DNA of 64,000 nt from Ionaspis alba (taxonomy: Eukaryota). The stretch lies in NCBI GenBank assembly GCA_964255285.1, contig CAXUUL010000018.1, positions 1-64,000 on the forward strand. The letters run 5' to 3'. Under the pieces are notes generated by a model that had not been told where the DNA came from, made no database searches, and saw only the letters and a program-made list of their open reading frames with translations. Numbering within the stretch: the first letter of the stretch is position 1; every line of letters starts with the position of its first letter. Positions 1 to 11,752 of this stretch are shown here, in pieces. The position numbers were made by a program, and so were the translations under genes.

Positions 1-3000
1 GGCAGGACTACAGAGTTTGAATCATACCTTGTGCGTAGCATTCAAGCGCTGCTTCCCTGCTTTGCTTACTTCCCTCCCACAATCATTATTATTTTCTGCG
101 CTCAGCCCAAGTGCTGACCACGCCGGCGGGTGAAGAAGCTTTCGCTCTAGCAACGCCAATGATCGCCAGGCGTTGCAAACCCCCCAAAAATTCTCCGCCG
201 GCGTAGCGAGCTGACGCGATCAGTAGGAAGAAGGTCCGAGGGCCATGTATGTATGTATGTTATGGGTGGGGGTCCAGTCAAGCATGGTCGCAATATTTGG
301 TAGAGAGTTACGGCGTACATTATTAGCTGGGTTGGTTGATCAGGCGCATTCTCTACCAAGGAGAAGAAGCATGACCGAGCCGACATCCGAACCGTGCCCT
401 CCGTTTTTTTGGGAACTTTTGAGCGATGTCTTTTCTTGCTTCCCGCTGTCGTATCTATGGCTTGGGGAATGAGTGCTGGGATGTCGGATCTATACGAGTT
501 GGGCTGATGAGGGTGCGGCTGGCCATTGGGAGGAGGAAAGGAGAATTTTAGGGTTGGGGATGTGCATCTGGAGGCGTTGGAGATCAGAGCATGTGGTGGA
601 GGAGTGGTGCTGATATTGGTAATGGTACGGTGGGATTGTTCGTCTGGAGGGAAGATGCAAAGGTTGAGGTATTCATGAGGGCACTCGGACCTCGTCTCTC
701 GTCGCTACAGAGTACATTGGTACAGTAAGTACATGGCATGTAGCGGATAGCCGCATGGGGGAGGGATGCTGAGTGTGACTTGGACCATCGAGATTGATGG
801 ATGACAGACAAGATGGAAGATGGTAGAAAAGGGGATTGGATTGATTGAGAGCAATCTACTGGCTGATCATCCCGCCAAGCTTTACGCGATAACTCCAAGC
901 GAAGTTGCATAATAATAATGATGAGAGGAACGGTGAGGCCCCGAGAGATTTGCTCTCATACTGTAGTAGTGGTACCTAACATGTGCATGCTGCTGCTGCT
1001 TCGGCTGCTGCTCCTGCTCCTGCTCAATAATGCATAGAGAGCTAGAGAAGGAAACACAAGTCGATCCCGGATAGTGCATAAGCTTGCATAAAAAAGCAAT
1101 GGCATCATCGGCCTTGTGATTGGTCTGCAGTGAAGGTGGTCAATGGATAGCCACATTCTCTTGCTTGCCCATCCCCCATCCAGCAGGTTTCTTGTGGAGA
1201 AAAGGCGGGGGATTAGAGATCATTCATTGGGGGCAATTGAGTGTGTCGACCTGCCGCTGTCAAACTGAACTCTAGCGCCACTCTATCTGACGCAGCCTCC
1301 ATCCATCCCATCCATCCTTATCGTGCAAATTATTGTCTGCCAGAACATAACTGGACTCCAGTAGCAATACAGTGTGTGTCGATCAGAAGAGAGGAGAGTC
1401 ATCTAGTAGCGGCATGATGGGTAAAGCAATCATAGATCCATGTCTCGGCTTCATGCACCAAGCAAGAATCATGGTCGCCTGAAAATACCGTTGGCTGCTT
1501 GTCTTCTGCTACTCCTTGCCAAATCCCCTTCCAGCCGACCAGGCCCGGCTTGCCGTACTCTTCTCGCCTGGAACCTTGAGGGTTTGCTTGCCGTCTGCCT
1601 TAGTGCCCGTTCTCACAGAAGATGAATCGACAATCCCGTTCCTGTAACTCAAAGGCGTTAGAAAGGCCTGCCGACCCGCAGTTGTGGTGATGCCGCTGTA
1701 TGCGACCGCAATGGTCAGCATAACCAATGATTCCACTCGGGCTAGCCCACGATGGGCAATTCGATGGTGCGGTTTGAGGCCATTCGAGAGACGTGGCGAA
1801 ATCGTGGATCAATAATGCTTGATGCTGGATTGTCCTGTCCGTTGTCTTTGCCTCTGCCCTTGTCGGCAAGGCTCAACTCGACGGGTTATCATTGTTGGGG
1901 AACGGGAAACGAGCGAAACGAAGGAAGCCAAAGGAGGTCATAGCGGATCCGGATCCAAACAGAGCATGAAAAAAATGCCAACATCTACCAAGCCGTGGTT
2001 CTGAGTATAGCACGGAGTACGGAGTAGAGTAGGTAGTAAGGATGAATCCAGTAATACAGCCGGCAATTCTCCGTCTCCTCCTTCCCTTTGCTCGCCACTT
2101 TGCCCTGCCTCGCGTTGCGTCTGGATGTTGCGTCCCTTGCTGCACATCATTCCAAGCAACGGCTCCACTTTATTGCGCTTCATTTCACAAGCAGCCCAAT
2201 CTTCCCCCCAAGCGATCGTCCTCGTCCGAGGGATTTTTAGCACGAGCATGAGCCAACTTCTAATCTTACCTCAAGTCTCACAAGGCAACGTTTTGGGTGT
2301 TTGGGGCTGGGAACACAGGAAACGATCATCGTGAAAAATCTGCACAGTGGGCGCGCGTCAATTCTGTGGTCCCTTTTTCACTACGAGGCTCCACTTTCTG
2401 CACCAGGTCGTTCCATGATAAGAGAAGGACAGTTAGATTGTTCCATACACTTTACAAGAGCTTGGAGTGGACGACGATAGGATGCGGATGCTTGCGCGTA
2501 TTGCTGACGCCAACGTTCCAGATGTTAAAAGCTTCGTCCCTTGCGGAGAATATTTTGCTCTCGTCATCTTGATCATCCGTAGTGCAGTAGGCAGGGAGAA
2601 TGGTGGCAGGGAGAACGGATCGCTCGGGCGTCTAATGCTTGACAAGAAAGAGAAAGAGGCAAAAATCCCAAGCATTTGGGTAAGAGAGTCATATACTTAG
2701 CATAGCAGTTGTACCACATTGTGATAGGTACCTACATATGATTATTACCCCTCTACGCCTCAAACAGCGTCGCGTCGAAGAAAAAAACAAAAACGAAAAG
2801 GCCTACGAGGCTACCACTTGGCGAACCATCATTTGCCTCGAATCTGCTTTCGATCGAGATGCGCGAATAACAGCGCAGCTGCACTACGGAAGGCATCTCC
2901 AAGAGCCAGCCAATAGTCCGGGATGCGTGCCTCGTGCCTTGCATGCATTGCGTTTTTTTCCTCTCCTCGCTCCGCTGGCCAGCCAAGTGTCAGTTCCGAA

Positions 3001-4526
3001 CTGTACTTGTCGTTGTTGTTGCTTCGTGAGAATGCAGCATTGGTATGTTGAGACTTGGGTCCATATGCGACCGCGGGGAAAAGTGTAACGAGACGAGGAA
3101 AGCGAACGACAGATTTTTGCTCCTCAAGGCGTAACGCTGAACCCGTTGGAATGTCTCTATTTTGCATTATTGGCATGTCAGAACAACAACTGTTGCCTTG
3201 GCGCTTTGCCTTTCTGTCGATTCCCGATGCTGAGCAGCTACCATACTTGTACGAGTACATGTGGAGCGAGTACGTATGTAAGAGTGCATCTGTTTGAGTC
3301 ATCACGCCATGGTCTCTTCGCTTTGCCTCATTCTAACGGTACGTCGTACTCGAGGCCCATAAACGGGGAATAGGGAGAGGATTGCTATCTTTGTCACGAT
3401 TGTCTCACTTGGATAGGTTGGATGAGGAGGAGTTTCGAGAAAACCTGGCTCATGATTCAGAAAGAGTCACCTAAAACGGTTATAATTAACTGATCAGCAT
3501 TATTATTGCTGTATTTTGCCAACCAGATAAACTGGGAATCGTCTCTCCTCTGCCTATCTGCTGAACTATGCACGGTCCAATTTCCCCTGTTTGGCTGCAT
3601 GATTGACACATTCCACAAAGTTGTACTGTAGAGACTATCCACTTTGACTACTCAAAAAACCCACATCCACATCCACAAAATCCAAGTTGCCTCTCTCTCG
3701 ACCTATACACTACTAATTAACCAACTGTTACCACCATGGCAGCTTTGACTAACCACAACCGTGAACCCTGTTGTCCATCAGGCAAGCCCAGCCGCTAAGA
3801 CTGCCAGTGGAAGTGAAAACCGTGCAGCCGCGATAGCCTTGTGTCTCTCGTCAAGTCTGAGGACTGCCTCGCCTCCAATCACTCCCTCCAAGCAACCACC
3901 TTACCCCACGCCATTATCATGCAACATACCTGCAAGCTGCAAGCCTCCCAAGACACACCGAGAGGAGAGAGCGAGCAGAAATTTCGTAGACAGTGCCCAG
4001 AGAGAACAGCCCAGCCCTGGTCGCCTCTGATGCCCTCCCACATGAACTCTCTCGAACCCAGACACTAAGCACAAGAACAACCTGCAGCTGATTCGATCTC
4101 AATTAGCCAACATCCCTCTTTGCCCCTGCGCAGTCCTTTCCACGTCCACCCTTCCCATTCCACTCCACACACACCTCACACACAACACACACCACACACA
4201 CACCAACCCTTCCCCCATATTGCCTGGCCTGCTAGTCCGATGGTGCGGCACACCTCATGCCCTTCACCATCATTCGTCCATCCATCAGGTACTGGGGTCT
4301 GGCTCTATCCCTAGCACAATGATCAACCCGAACGCATGAGAGTAGCAGAGCGAGTGAGCGAGGACATTGAAAGTCCGGAGAGATATACAAAGATACACGC
4401 TCCCCTCATTTTTCTCCACTCCCTTCACCACCACCACCATCACTACCACTATCACACAACATAAACTTCCTAACACACTCCTTCCTCCCCTTTCCCACTT
4501 CCATCACTTGACTTCGACCAACTAGT

Positions 4527-4586
4527 ATGATCTCGTACCATCGTGGTTTCCCAATTGCCCTCAGCAGACTACTCCCTCGACTATAA
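4527..4586 (+). other. Possible uORF (MISYHRGFPIALSRLLPRL*) upstream of ecl1
   Basis: ATG 4527 to TAA 4586 in the pyrimidine-rich leader ~300 nt before the ecl1 ATG. TSS unknown. Confidence 0.3.
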
Positions 4587-4882
4587 AGTGGCGCAATTGC
4601 CTCGTCTGGAGAGAAAAGCCCTCCCGAGGAAGTCACACGGCCACCACCATCCCATCCTCCAGCTTAGGCAATAATACCATCCGTCCAAGCTTTCTCACCA
4701 CTATTACTACTATTACGCCTTCCTTCCCTTCCCCGTCTTCGACTTCGACTTTCTACTTCTTTCAACTCAAGAACCCATCACTCTCCCTCTCCAGTCCTAC
4801 ATACCTTGGTACCGTTCACTCTTCGCTTCTCCAACGCTCCTTTAACATTGGTTCCTCGATCTGAAGTCTCACATTCGTGATC

Positions 4883-5380
4883 ATGGAGACGGACTGGTCA
4901 CTCGACTACTGCTTAGCCTGCGATTGTCAGACCGCAGGTGAAGCATACTGCTCCCAAATCTGTCGTCTTGCAGACCTCGAGACTTCCTCCTGTGGCTCCG
5001 AGCCATCATCACCCTCCTCAGTTCAACCTGCCATGTCTTTCTCGCCCATCAGTCGAAGCCCCACTGCGGGCTTCTTCCTGCCTCCAGCTTTCGACTTCTC
5101 GGTCTACCGATCCACTTCTCCGACTTCTTCTTCAGCACCTACCTCTCCTCAACCGCTCTCGACAACCTGCTTCGCGCTCACCTCCTCAAGAACCTCGAGT
5201 CAGTCCACTTCATCGCCCAGAATCCTCACACCCTCCTCTTCTCGGTCATCACTCAGCTCCGTCCAAAGTCCTCCGGTCCAAGGCGAGATCATCTCTACAC
5301 AAGCTCGAAGTGAGCTTCGGGACTATACCAATTCCTTCGATCAAGTCCGAGACTGGAGAAGAAGGATGACCGCCTCCTAG
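4883..5380 (+). CDS. ecl1: Ecl1/2/3-family chronological life-span regulator
   Basis: N-terminal DYCLACDCQTAGEAYCSQICRLADLE matches the Ecl1 CxxC...YCSxxC zinc motif. Ser-rich middle; C-terminal ARSELRDYTNSFDQVRDWRRR. ATG at 4883. Confidence 0.88.
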   Translation: METDWSLDYCLACDCQTAGEAYCSQICRLADLETSSCGSEPSSPSSVQPAMSFSPISRSPTAGFFLPPAFDFSVYRSTSPTSSSAPTSPQPLSTTCFALTSSRTSSQSTSSPRILTPSSSRSSLSSVQSPPVQGEIISTQARSELRDYTNSFDQVRDWRRRMTAS

Positions 5381-6266
5381 ACGAGGGGCTTTTGTTGATG
5401 AGTCACATACACGCAAACGCAAACGCAGACAGGCATATCGGGCGGAGCTACATCGATACTCGGCAACACAGACACATAACTTTCTTGCATCAAACCTTTC
5501 AAGCATTTTCGTCTTCCATCATCATTGTTGGCATCTCATCACATCATCTTTCTGTTTCCCTACGATGGAGCCCACTACACTCGCTTGAATTGTTTTTGTT
5601 CTCCTTGTGTGTATAACAAAAGTATATTACGGCGGACAGGGCGTTTTTCCTTGAGCGGGGGCTGGGCACACAAAAGTATCATTATGGAGGCACGATTTGG
5701 ATTTGTCATTTTCTAAGAACGGATCTGGTCGTTGTTGGAAGAATTTGTTCGGAGTTGGGATTTGAGGGGAAGAGCATATGGTGCTAAGAAATGCGTTTTG
5801 TCGACTCAGCCCTCCATACATCTTTGTCTGGGCTTTGTCAGTGGAAAGGGGAGAAACAACTGTTGCACCATTTTCTTGGGCTCGTGGAGACGTTTTTTCA
5901 GGGGTTCTGCCACATCAAGAGAGAATTGCGTCTAGCGTGGGAAATGCGGGAGTACCATCACTACTGTACTTTGCATAAGTGGGGAACAAGATCACGGAGG
6001 ATGAGACACGCATATGGAGGGGAGTCCTTGATGGTCTCTGGCTTTTGGGATTGGAGGAGGGGGTCTAGGAGTCTTGGAAGGGACCTGGCAGATGCATCAT
6101 CGATAGACTGTGCGGAAGTGAGGGAGGGATTTTTTTTCATGTGGCTCGGAGGTTTACCATCCTGCCTGGTGGAAGTGGATGGGGGGACCTGGCTCTATTC
6201 CACTCGTTCCTGCGTTGTTAGCTACTATCTCTCTCTCGCCATGCAATCCATGCACTTTGATTGCTA

Positions 6267-6476
6267 CACCTTGGTGCTCGGTGCTCACATCGTTGCTCTG
6301 TGACCAGAAGCTGCTAGCCCCNNNNNNNNNNNNNNNNNNNNNNNNNNNNNNNNNNNNNNNNNNNNNNNNNNNNNNNNNNNNNNNNNNNNNNNNNNNNNNN
6401 NNNNNNNNNNNNNNNNNNNNNCACCTTGGTGCTCGGTGCTCACATCGTTGCTCTGTGACCAGAAGCTGCTAGCCCC
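6267..6476. other. Scaffold gap (100 N) with identical 55-nt flanks; assembly overlap artefact
   Basis: 6267-6321 is identical to 6422-6476 on either side of N 6322-6421. Confidence 0.92.
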
Positions 6477-8142
6477 TTTTTCAGTGACACCCACCAGTTG
6501 TCCCCCAACCTCGATCCCTACAGAAGGAACAAAAGGGCATGCCATCCCATCTTGCAACCTTTCCCCCCTTCACTCCCATCACTCAACTACCGACCACACA
6601 GCTAGCTAGCTAGCCAGCCTCGTCCACAACTACTGCATACTCGTACCTGCCCGGCTGACCACCCCGACCGGTCCAACCTCCCACCCTCACCGTGCCGCAA
6701 TCAACCCTCCCTACCAACCCTCCTACCCAGTAGTTAGCAAGACCCTTCCTTTCAACCATTCTATTCTCCAAGATCGATCCACCACCCTTGCGCGACGCAA
6801 ATCCTTCGGAGATCTCCATCCCGGTTCCAGATCTCGGCTGGGAAAGTTTAAAATTCCTTTGGAGTCCGTGTCGTCAGGCAATAATCCCATGCCATGTTGG
6901 CGTAGTCGTTTACGCAATAATGATAGCGACGGTTAGACTTCGGCTGGCCACTTGTTGCACTGGGATCACGGGTCCTGTCGAGAAGCAAAACGCTCGGGAT
7001 CTATCTATGTACAGGGCTCTACAGAGGGATATCTAGCCATCTACGAGTCATCTGTCCGCTTCCAAGGAGCTGGTAATAATAATCTGCGTTTTTCGTTGCT
7101 TGTATTCCTTGTCTGTACTTCGAGTTCTTTCTCTTTACATCACATATCCTTACCCACCTACCTACCTACCTCCATCGCTGACTGCTCTTTCTACATACAG
7201 ACACACTCTAGTATGCGTAATGAAATATGCAATCCTTCCCTCCCTCCTACCGCGGGAAATACCCGTCCACCACCAACCCACCCATCTGCTACCTTCTTTT
7301 CCACCCATTGGATCCTAGTTATCAACTATCTACCCGCCGTGCTATGACTCGTTGAATTCGCCATATCCGACGTCGATGTCGATCAGGGTCTTTTTGACTG
7401 TCGTCAGTGAGGTGAGTGGGTGGGTCCTTTGTCTCTTTTTGCAAAGGGCTGTTCGAATCGGTCGGCCAGTCTGGCTAGCTACGCCCCGGATCCGAGAAGG
7501 AAGATACAGCCTTGTCTTCTTCTTCCTACTACTGGTGGGATGGGATGTGTGGGATTGCATTGTTGATTACTTGATCGTTGGTTGTATGTATGTATGTGTG
7601 TATGTACCTTGGTACCTACCTGAGTATTATTCTACCGATCTTCCGCTGTGGGATGAGTTGAGTGTGCCTCTTTCGTCACCACCTCTCCCACAGGAAAGAA
7701 CCTGGACTACTCTACATACTGAACGGCGTAACTTGTACTTTGAGATGCAAGTCCGCAAAACGAACCCGTTTCCGAAGCCCCTTCCTCATTGGGCCTTGTT
7801 CGCCGACCTGTTGAGCCCAATTATGCATTTTTTTCGTAGCCAGCCTCATGAGTGCTTCTTTCGCTGACCGTCAAACAAAAAATAAAAATTATTGGCTGGC
7901 TGGCTCCTGTGGCTCTCTTTAAGTACCTGAGCAATTGTCCAGTGCCCGAGCCTGAAAAACGAACGATGAGGGAGTGTGTTTTGTGCGATGCTGAGAACGT
8001 GGTTCCAACCACTGCATGTTCTCCTCCAGCTGATCAGGACACGGTTGAATTGATTACTCGCCCACCTCAACGACTTTTCCTTCGCTTTCGAAACAGCAAG
8101 CATGCATCCGATCAGGCGCCTGTTCTTTGTCCGACCCCCACG

Positions 8143-8176
8143 CGTCGTCGTCGTCGTCGTCGCTGCTGCTGCTGCT
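8143..8176. repeat. Compound trinucleotide microsatellite (CGT)6 / (GCT)5
   Basis: Read directly from the sequence. Confidence 0.9.
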
Positions 8177-8494
8177 GGCTGCTGGCTGCTTCTTTTCGCG
8201 CCCACCACTCTTCTGTTGGCCTTATGTACGTGCGTGCATAGAGTAAAACATTGGACGAGTAGCTGTATCACATTTTGTATTATCCCGGCCAAGGCAGAGA
8301 TGCATAGGTTGTTATTATTTGGAAGCAACGGATATTCGGATGCTGATGGCGTACATTACTTACATGGGCCATTCTTTTGTGTGCGGTTGGTTGAGTCTAC
8401 AAGGTAACATACTTACTTACAGTAGAAAGTGAAGGATGTCATGTACATACGCCTTACAGACAATAATAATAATGCTTGGTACAGTAGACGCTCA

Positions 8495-9121
8495 TCATAT
8501 ATATCCTGGTCGATTCTGCACCTCTCCCATGCACGATGGCCACACCCCTTTGCCTTTGTCCTCCCGCTGAGATCTTGGGGATCGGCTTGTTCCGGTTGGT
8601 TCTTGGTGGAATGATAATAATCCTCCGTCGTTGGTTCGTTCTTTTGATGTGTAATTGCTTGATGGATCGATTGATGGAGACTACGGTACATTAAGGTTCG
8701 TTGCCGTCTTGATCGCTGAGGTTTTCCTGGTCGCACAAGTCAGAGCGGAGATGTCTCGAAGCTTGTCTTTCTCGGTACCGAGCTTGAGATGGAAGTTAAC
8801 GAGTTTGTTTAGTGATGCAAGCACGGAGCTCTTATTATCGTTGGTATACTCATCACTGATATTATTATCCTTGCTCCTCATAGCGGTTAGTCCTTTTACT
8901 ACGACTGCCAAATCATCTCGGTGTGCTCCAGGGTCAACGCTACGCTTATTCACCGACCGATCGAGCCACCTTCCCCGCCAAAAGCCACCATCGACGTCCG
9001 TAATCCCGTTCCCGTCGTTCCCGACCGTTCCTGCATCCATTTCTTTTTTCTCCTCTAGGGCTCAAGTCCGCGCCTCGGTCGCTAAGAATGAAAGGAGAAT
9101 GAGGAAACACAACGTCATCAT
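8495..9121 (-). pseudogene. Candidate stop-interrupted secreted protein
   Basis: MMTLCFLILLSFLATEART (signal-peptide-like) is followed by TGA at 9062-9064. The same frame then stays open through ORF 8681..9040 to TAG at 8681-8683, and for ~60 more codons to TGA at 8495. Confidence 0.35.
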
Positions 9122-10361
9122 TCTATGTATTGGGTCTAGTCCTCAATGCTATCTGACACGGCTGGCTCATCTCACTACTACCTATCATTTCCTCCAGGAG
9201 GGACCCTGAAGCTATTGAGCTGGGAAATGGGCCGTGGCCTAGATCACCCATGATCATACTGTCTCTGTGTGTGTCTCTCTCTCTTTCTTGACTAGGGTCT
9301 TTCAAACAATGTGACTTCCTGTTTGTCCTGGGATGCAAGCAGGATCGATGGCAGTTGAGATGATTCTTCTTTAGAGTGTATGCACCCGCCGTTAGCGCTC
9401 AAACAACCAGATCTGGCTGGATCGCTCTGGGGAGGGCTTACATCAGGGAGTTTTCAGAGTTAATTGGCCCGTGCACTCACTGCATGATTTATTGTCCGAT
9501 GACTGCAGCGACCTCGTGTTTACCGGTTTCTTCGTGGGTTGGATTGACGCTTTGATTATCTTCTGGCTACCTCGTACTTTTGGTCCATGGTTCATGGGGT
9601 GAGGGATGACAGGGCTTCCTGCTGATGATGATAGTCTGACCACTTTGGTAGCTTGGTCTAGATGGAAGGTACGCTTGGATCGCTTCGATGTCTGAGTATT
9701 GTATGCCTGTTTACGAGCATTTGCTTTTAATACTTACTTTTTGAACCTGCATTCCTTGACACTCCTACATTAAGACGACACCTAACGCTCTCTCTTTGAT
9801 GGGTGGGTGAGAACTGCAGGTTGGAGGCCCGAGTCGGAGAATTAATTCATGCATGGCGTTGCGTGTCTTGCCTTTGTCAAAGCGGTGGTGGTATCAGGGT
9901 CCTCAAATCCAACCTGCATGTCTGTGCACGCGATCAGGGAGAATGTAAGGGTTGTATGGAGAGCAGAAAGCATGTTCCAACCCTGTTTCTCTCCCTTGCA
10001 TTCGTTTGCTACCTTAGTCTAGTCGATGTCTTGGCTATGTATCCTTGGGAGCGTTGACCGAGGTCAAGGATGTTCATTGCTTTCCTGATTACGATGCGAA
10101 GACGGTGAGGTTGTGCTATACTCTGGATCATGCAACAAAGATTGGACCCCTATGCTCGGAGAAGTGTGTGCTTCTACCAAAACAAATGTTGATCCTTGAC
10201 CATTCCAAGCACAACTCAATGTCTCGGATCCTACCACCAAGATCTATCCGAGCATGATCTCTCTGTCCTTCAGCAGACACCCTCATTCCTTCACACTCCC
10301 GCTCGGCTGAGCCAGTATCGCAGACAATTCGTCACCAGGGCTCTTTTCGAGCAAATCGAGC

Positions 10362-10799
10362 TCAAAACGGTACCCGACCAGGACGTGCCGGATTATCCCG
10401 AGCTTCCTGCCAGGTCTGCCCGTTGAGGTACTCGGAATAATAATCGCAAGCTCCAACAGCACAGGTCCAGAAGCCCGCTCCTCTTCGAGGACTGCGAATA
10501 CCAGCTCTGTCTCTACGACTGACTAGGCCACAGTGACACTCTGGATTTCCTCTCTCAACTCCGCGATCATCGTCCCAGGTTATCCATCTTCTTCCACTCG
10601 AGCGTGTTTTCGCTTCCGCTTTGCAGTAAGCACAGGTATAGTATGGTCGACCGGCATTGCCGTTTCGATTGTGCGGTACTACTATGGAGCGCCGTTCCGA
10701 GATACGTTCGCAAATCTGGCATGCTGGTCTGTGGTCGAGAGGAAATGTTGGGAGTGTAGGGGAAACAGCAAGGCTGCTGACGAGCTCCGAGAGCGACAT
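10362..10799 (-). CDS. Small fungal GRF-type zinc-ribbon protein (two modules)
   Basis: CQIC...NRNGNAGRPYYTCAYC...WITWDD and CHCGLVSR...GAGFWTCAVGACDYY are GRF-like motifs. Confidence 0.78.
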   Translation of the reverse strand: MSLSELVSSLAVSPTLPTFPLDHRPACQICERISERRSIVVPHNRNGNAGRPYYTCAYCKAEAKTRSSGRRWITWDDDRGVERGNPECHCGLVSRRDRAGIRSPRRGAGFWTCAVGACDYYSEYLNGQTWQEARDNPARPGRVPF

Positions 10800-11752
10800 C
10801 CCTTAGAGAACGATTAATCGACGATTCTCTAGAGGCAACGAAGGATGAGTCGAGAGTCATGTCATACACTCATGTTCCGTTCCAACGCCGCCCAATGTCT
10901 CTGTCCTTGTCATCTCACCGTCCTTTCAGTGAACTATCGTCAAAAGTGCTGTGAACTTTATCACTTGTCCCTCATCTCCTCTGTCTGAGGGCCGGCTCTG
11001 CTAAGTACAGTGAAGGGGACAAAGAAACGGTGTTCTGAAGACGTTTGAGTGCATGGCGGCCACCTGCATTGGCTGTCTCACTGTGAGCACGATTCCTGCT
11101 TTATTCAAACGAGTGCCTGACCGGGTGGCATTATCTATCCCATCCTTGAAGAAACCTCGCTCGATGTTAGCCCCACTCGTACGTTTCTTGCGCTTCCATT
11201 ATGTTGGAAGCCTTGTCCAGATACGAAAATTGTTCAACGGGAAATGATCACTTACCATAGCGAGTCTTAGATGCATCGAAACCTTGTGGTCGAATTATAA
11301 GACTTAAAATTTTTCAACCACTACTTGCCTCGATAAATCTTGTTTCGACAGTATAGCCGCAAAAGCTATAGGTTGTTTAGTGATGAAGATGTGAAATGCT
11401 CCAAGTACATTTATCACCACTACCAATCGTCTTATTGCGTCCTCAACGTCCATGTTGCTAAGGTCATCTACCTGCGAGGATCGAGCAAAAGGACGTCGTA
11501 GCTAGTCATAACAACGTTCTTGTTGCAAAGGATACGCAATGTAGCGGTTCGACCATTTCACACGGGTTCAATTCTCTGAAGTCCACGATACCCATAATTC
11601 TGCATCCCATCATCCAAAGCTCATCTACTCCAACCGCTTCGCTCTCAAGAGACAACAAAGCCAGAAAAGCAGCTACCTAATCCGCTTTCTTTTTCCCCTT
11701 CAAAGTCACCAAATACCTAGAAACAGACCTCCCTTCCCTCACCACCCCAGAA

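Noticed and set aside
487..500. TTAGGG-like telomeric motif
   Set aside because: Isolated single copy with no tandem array.
6267..6476. 55-nt direct repeats read as LTRs or target-site duplications
   Set aside because: Identical length at both N-gaps and reading-frame restoration at the second gap indicate an assembly artefact.
5525..8410. ORFs of 130-170 aa (5791..6303, 7352..7867, 7846..8328)
   Set aside because: No recognisable motifs, non-ATG starts in several, and some are driven by microsatellites; likely chance frames.
11530..11580. tRNA-like GGTTCGA / GGTTCAATTC motifs
   Set aside because: No cloverleaf or acceptor stem could be built around them.
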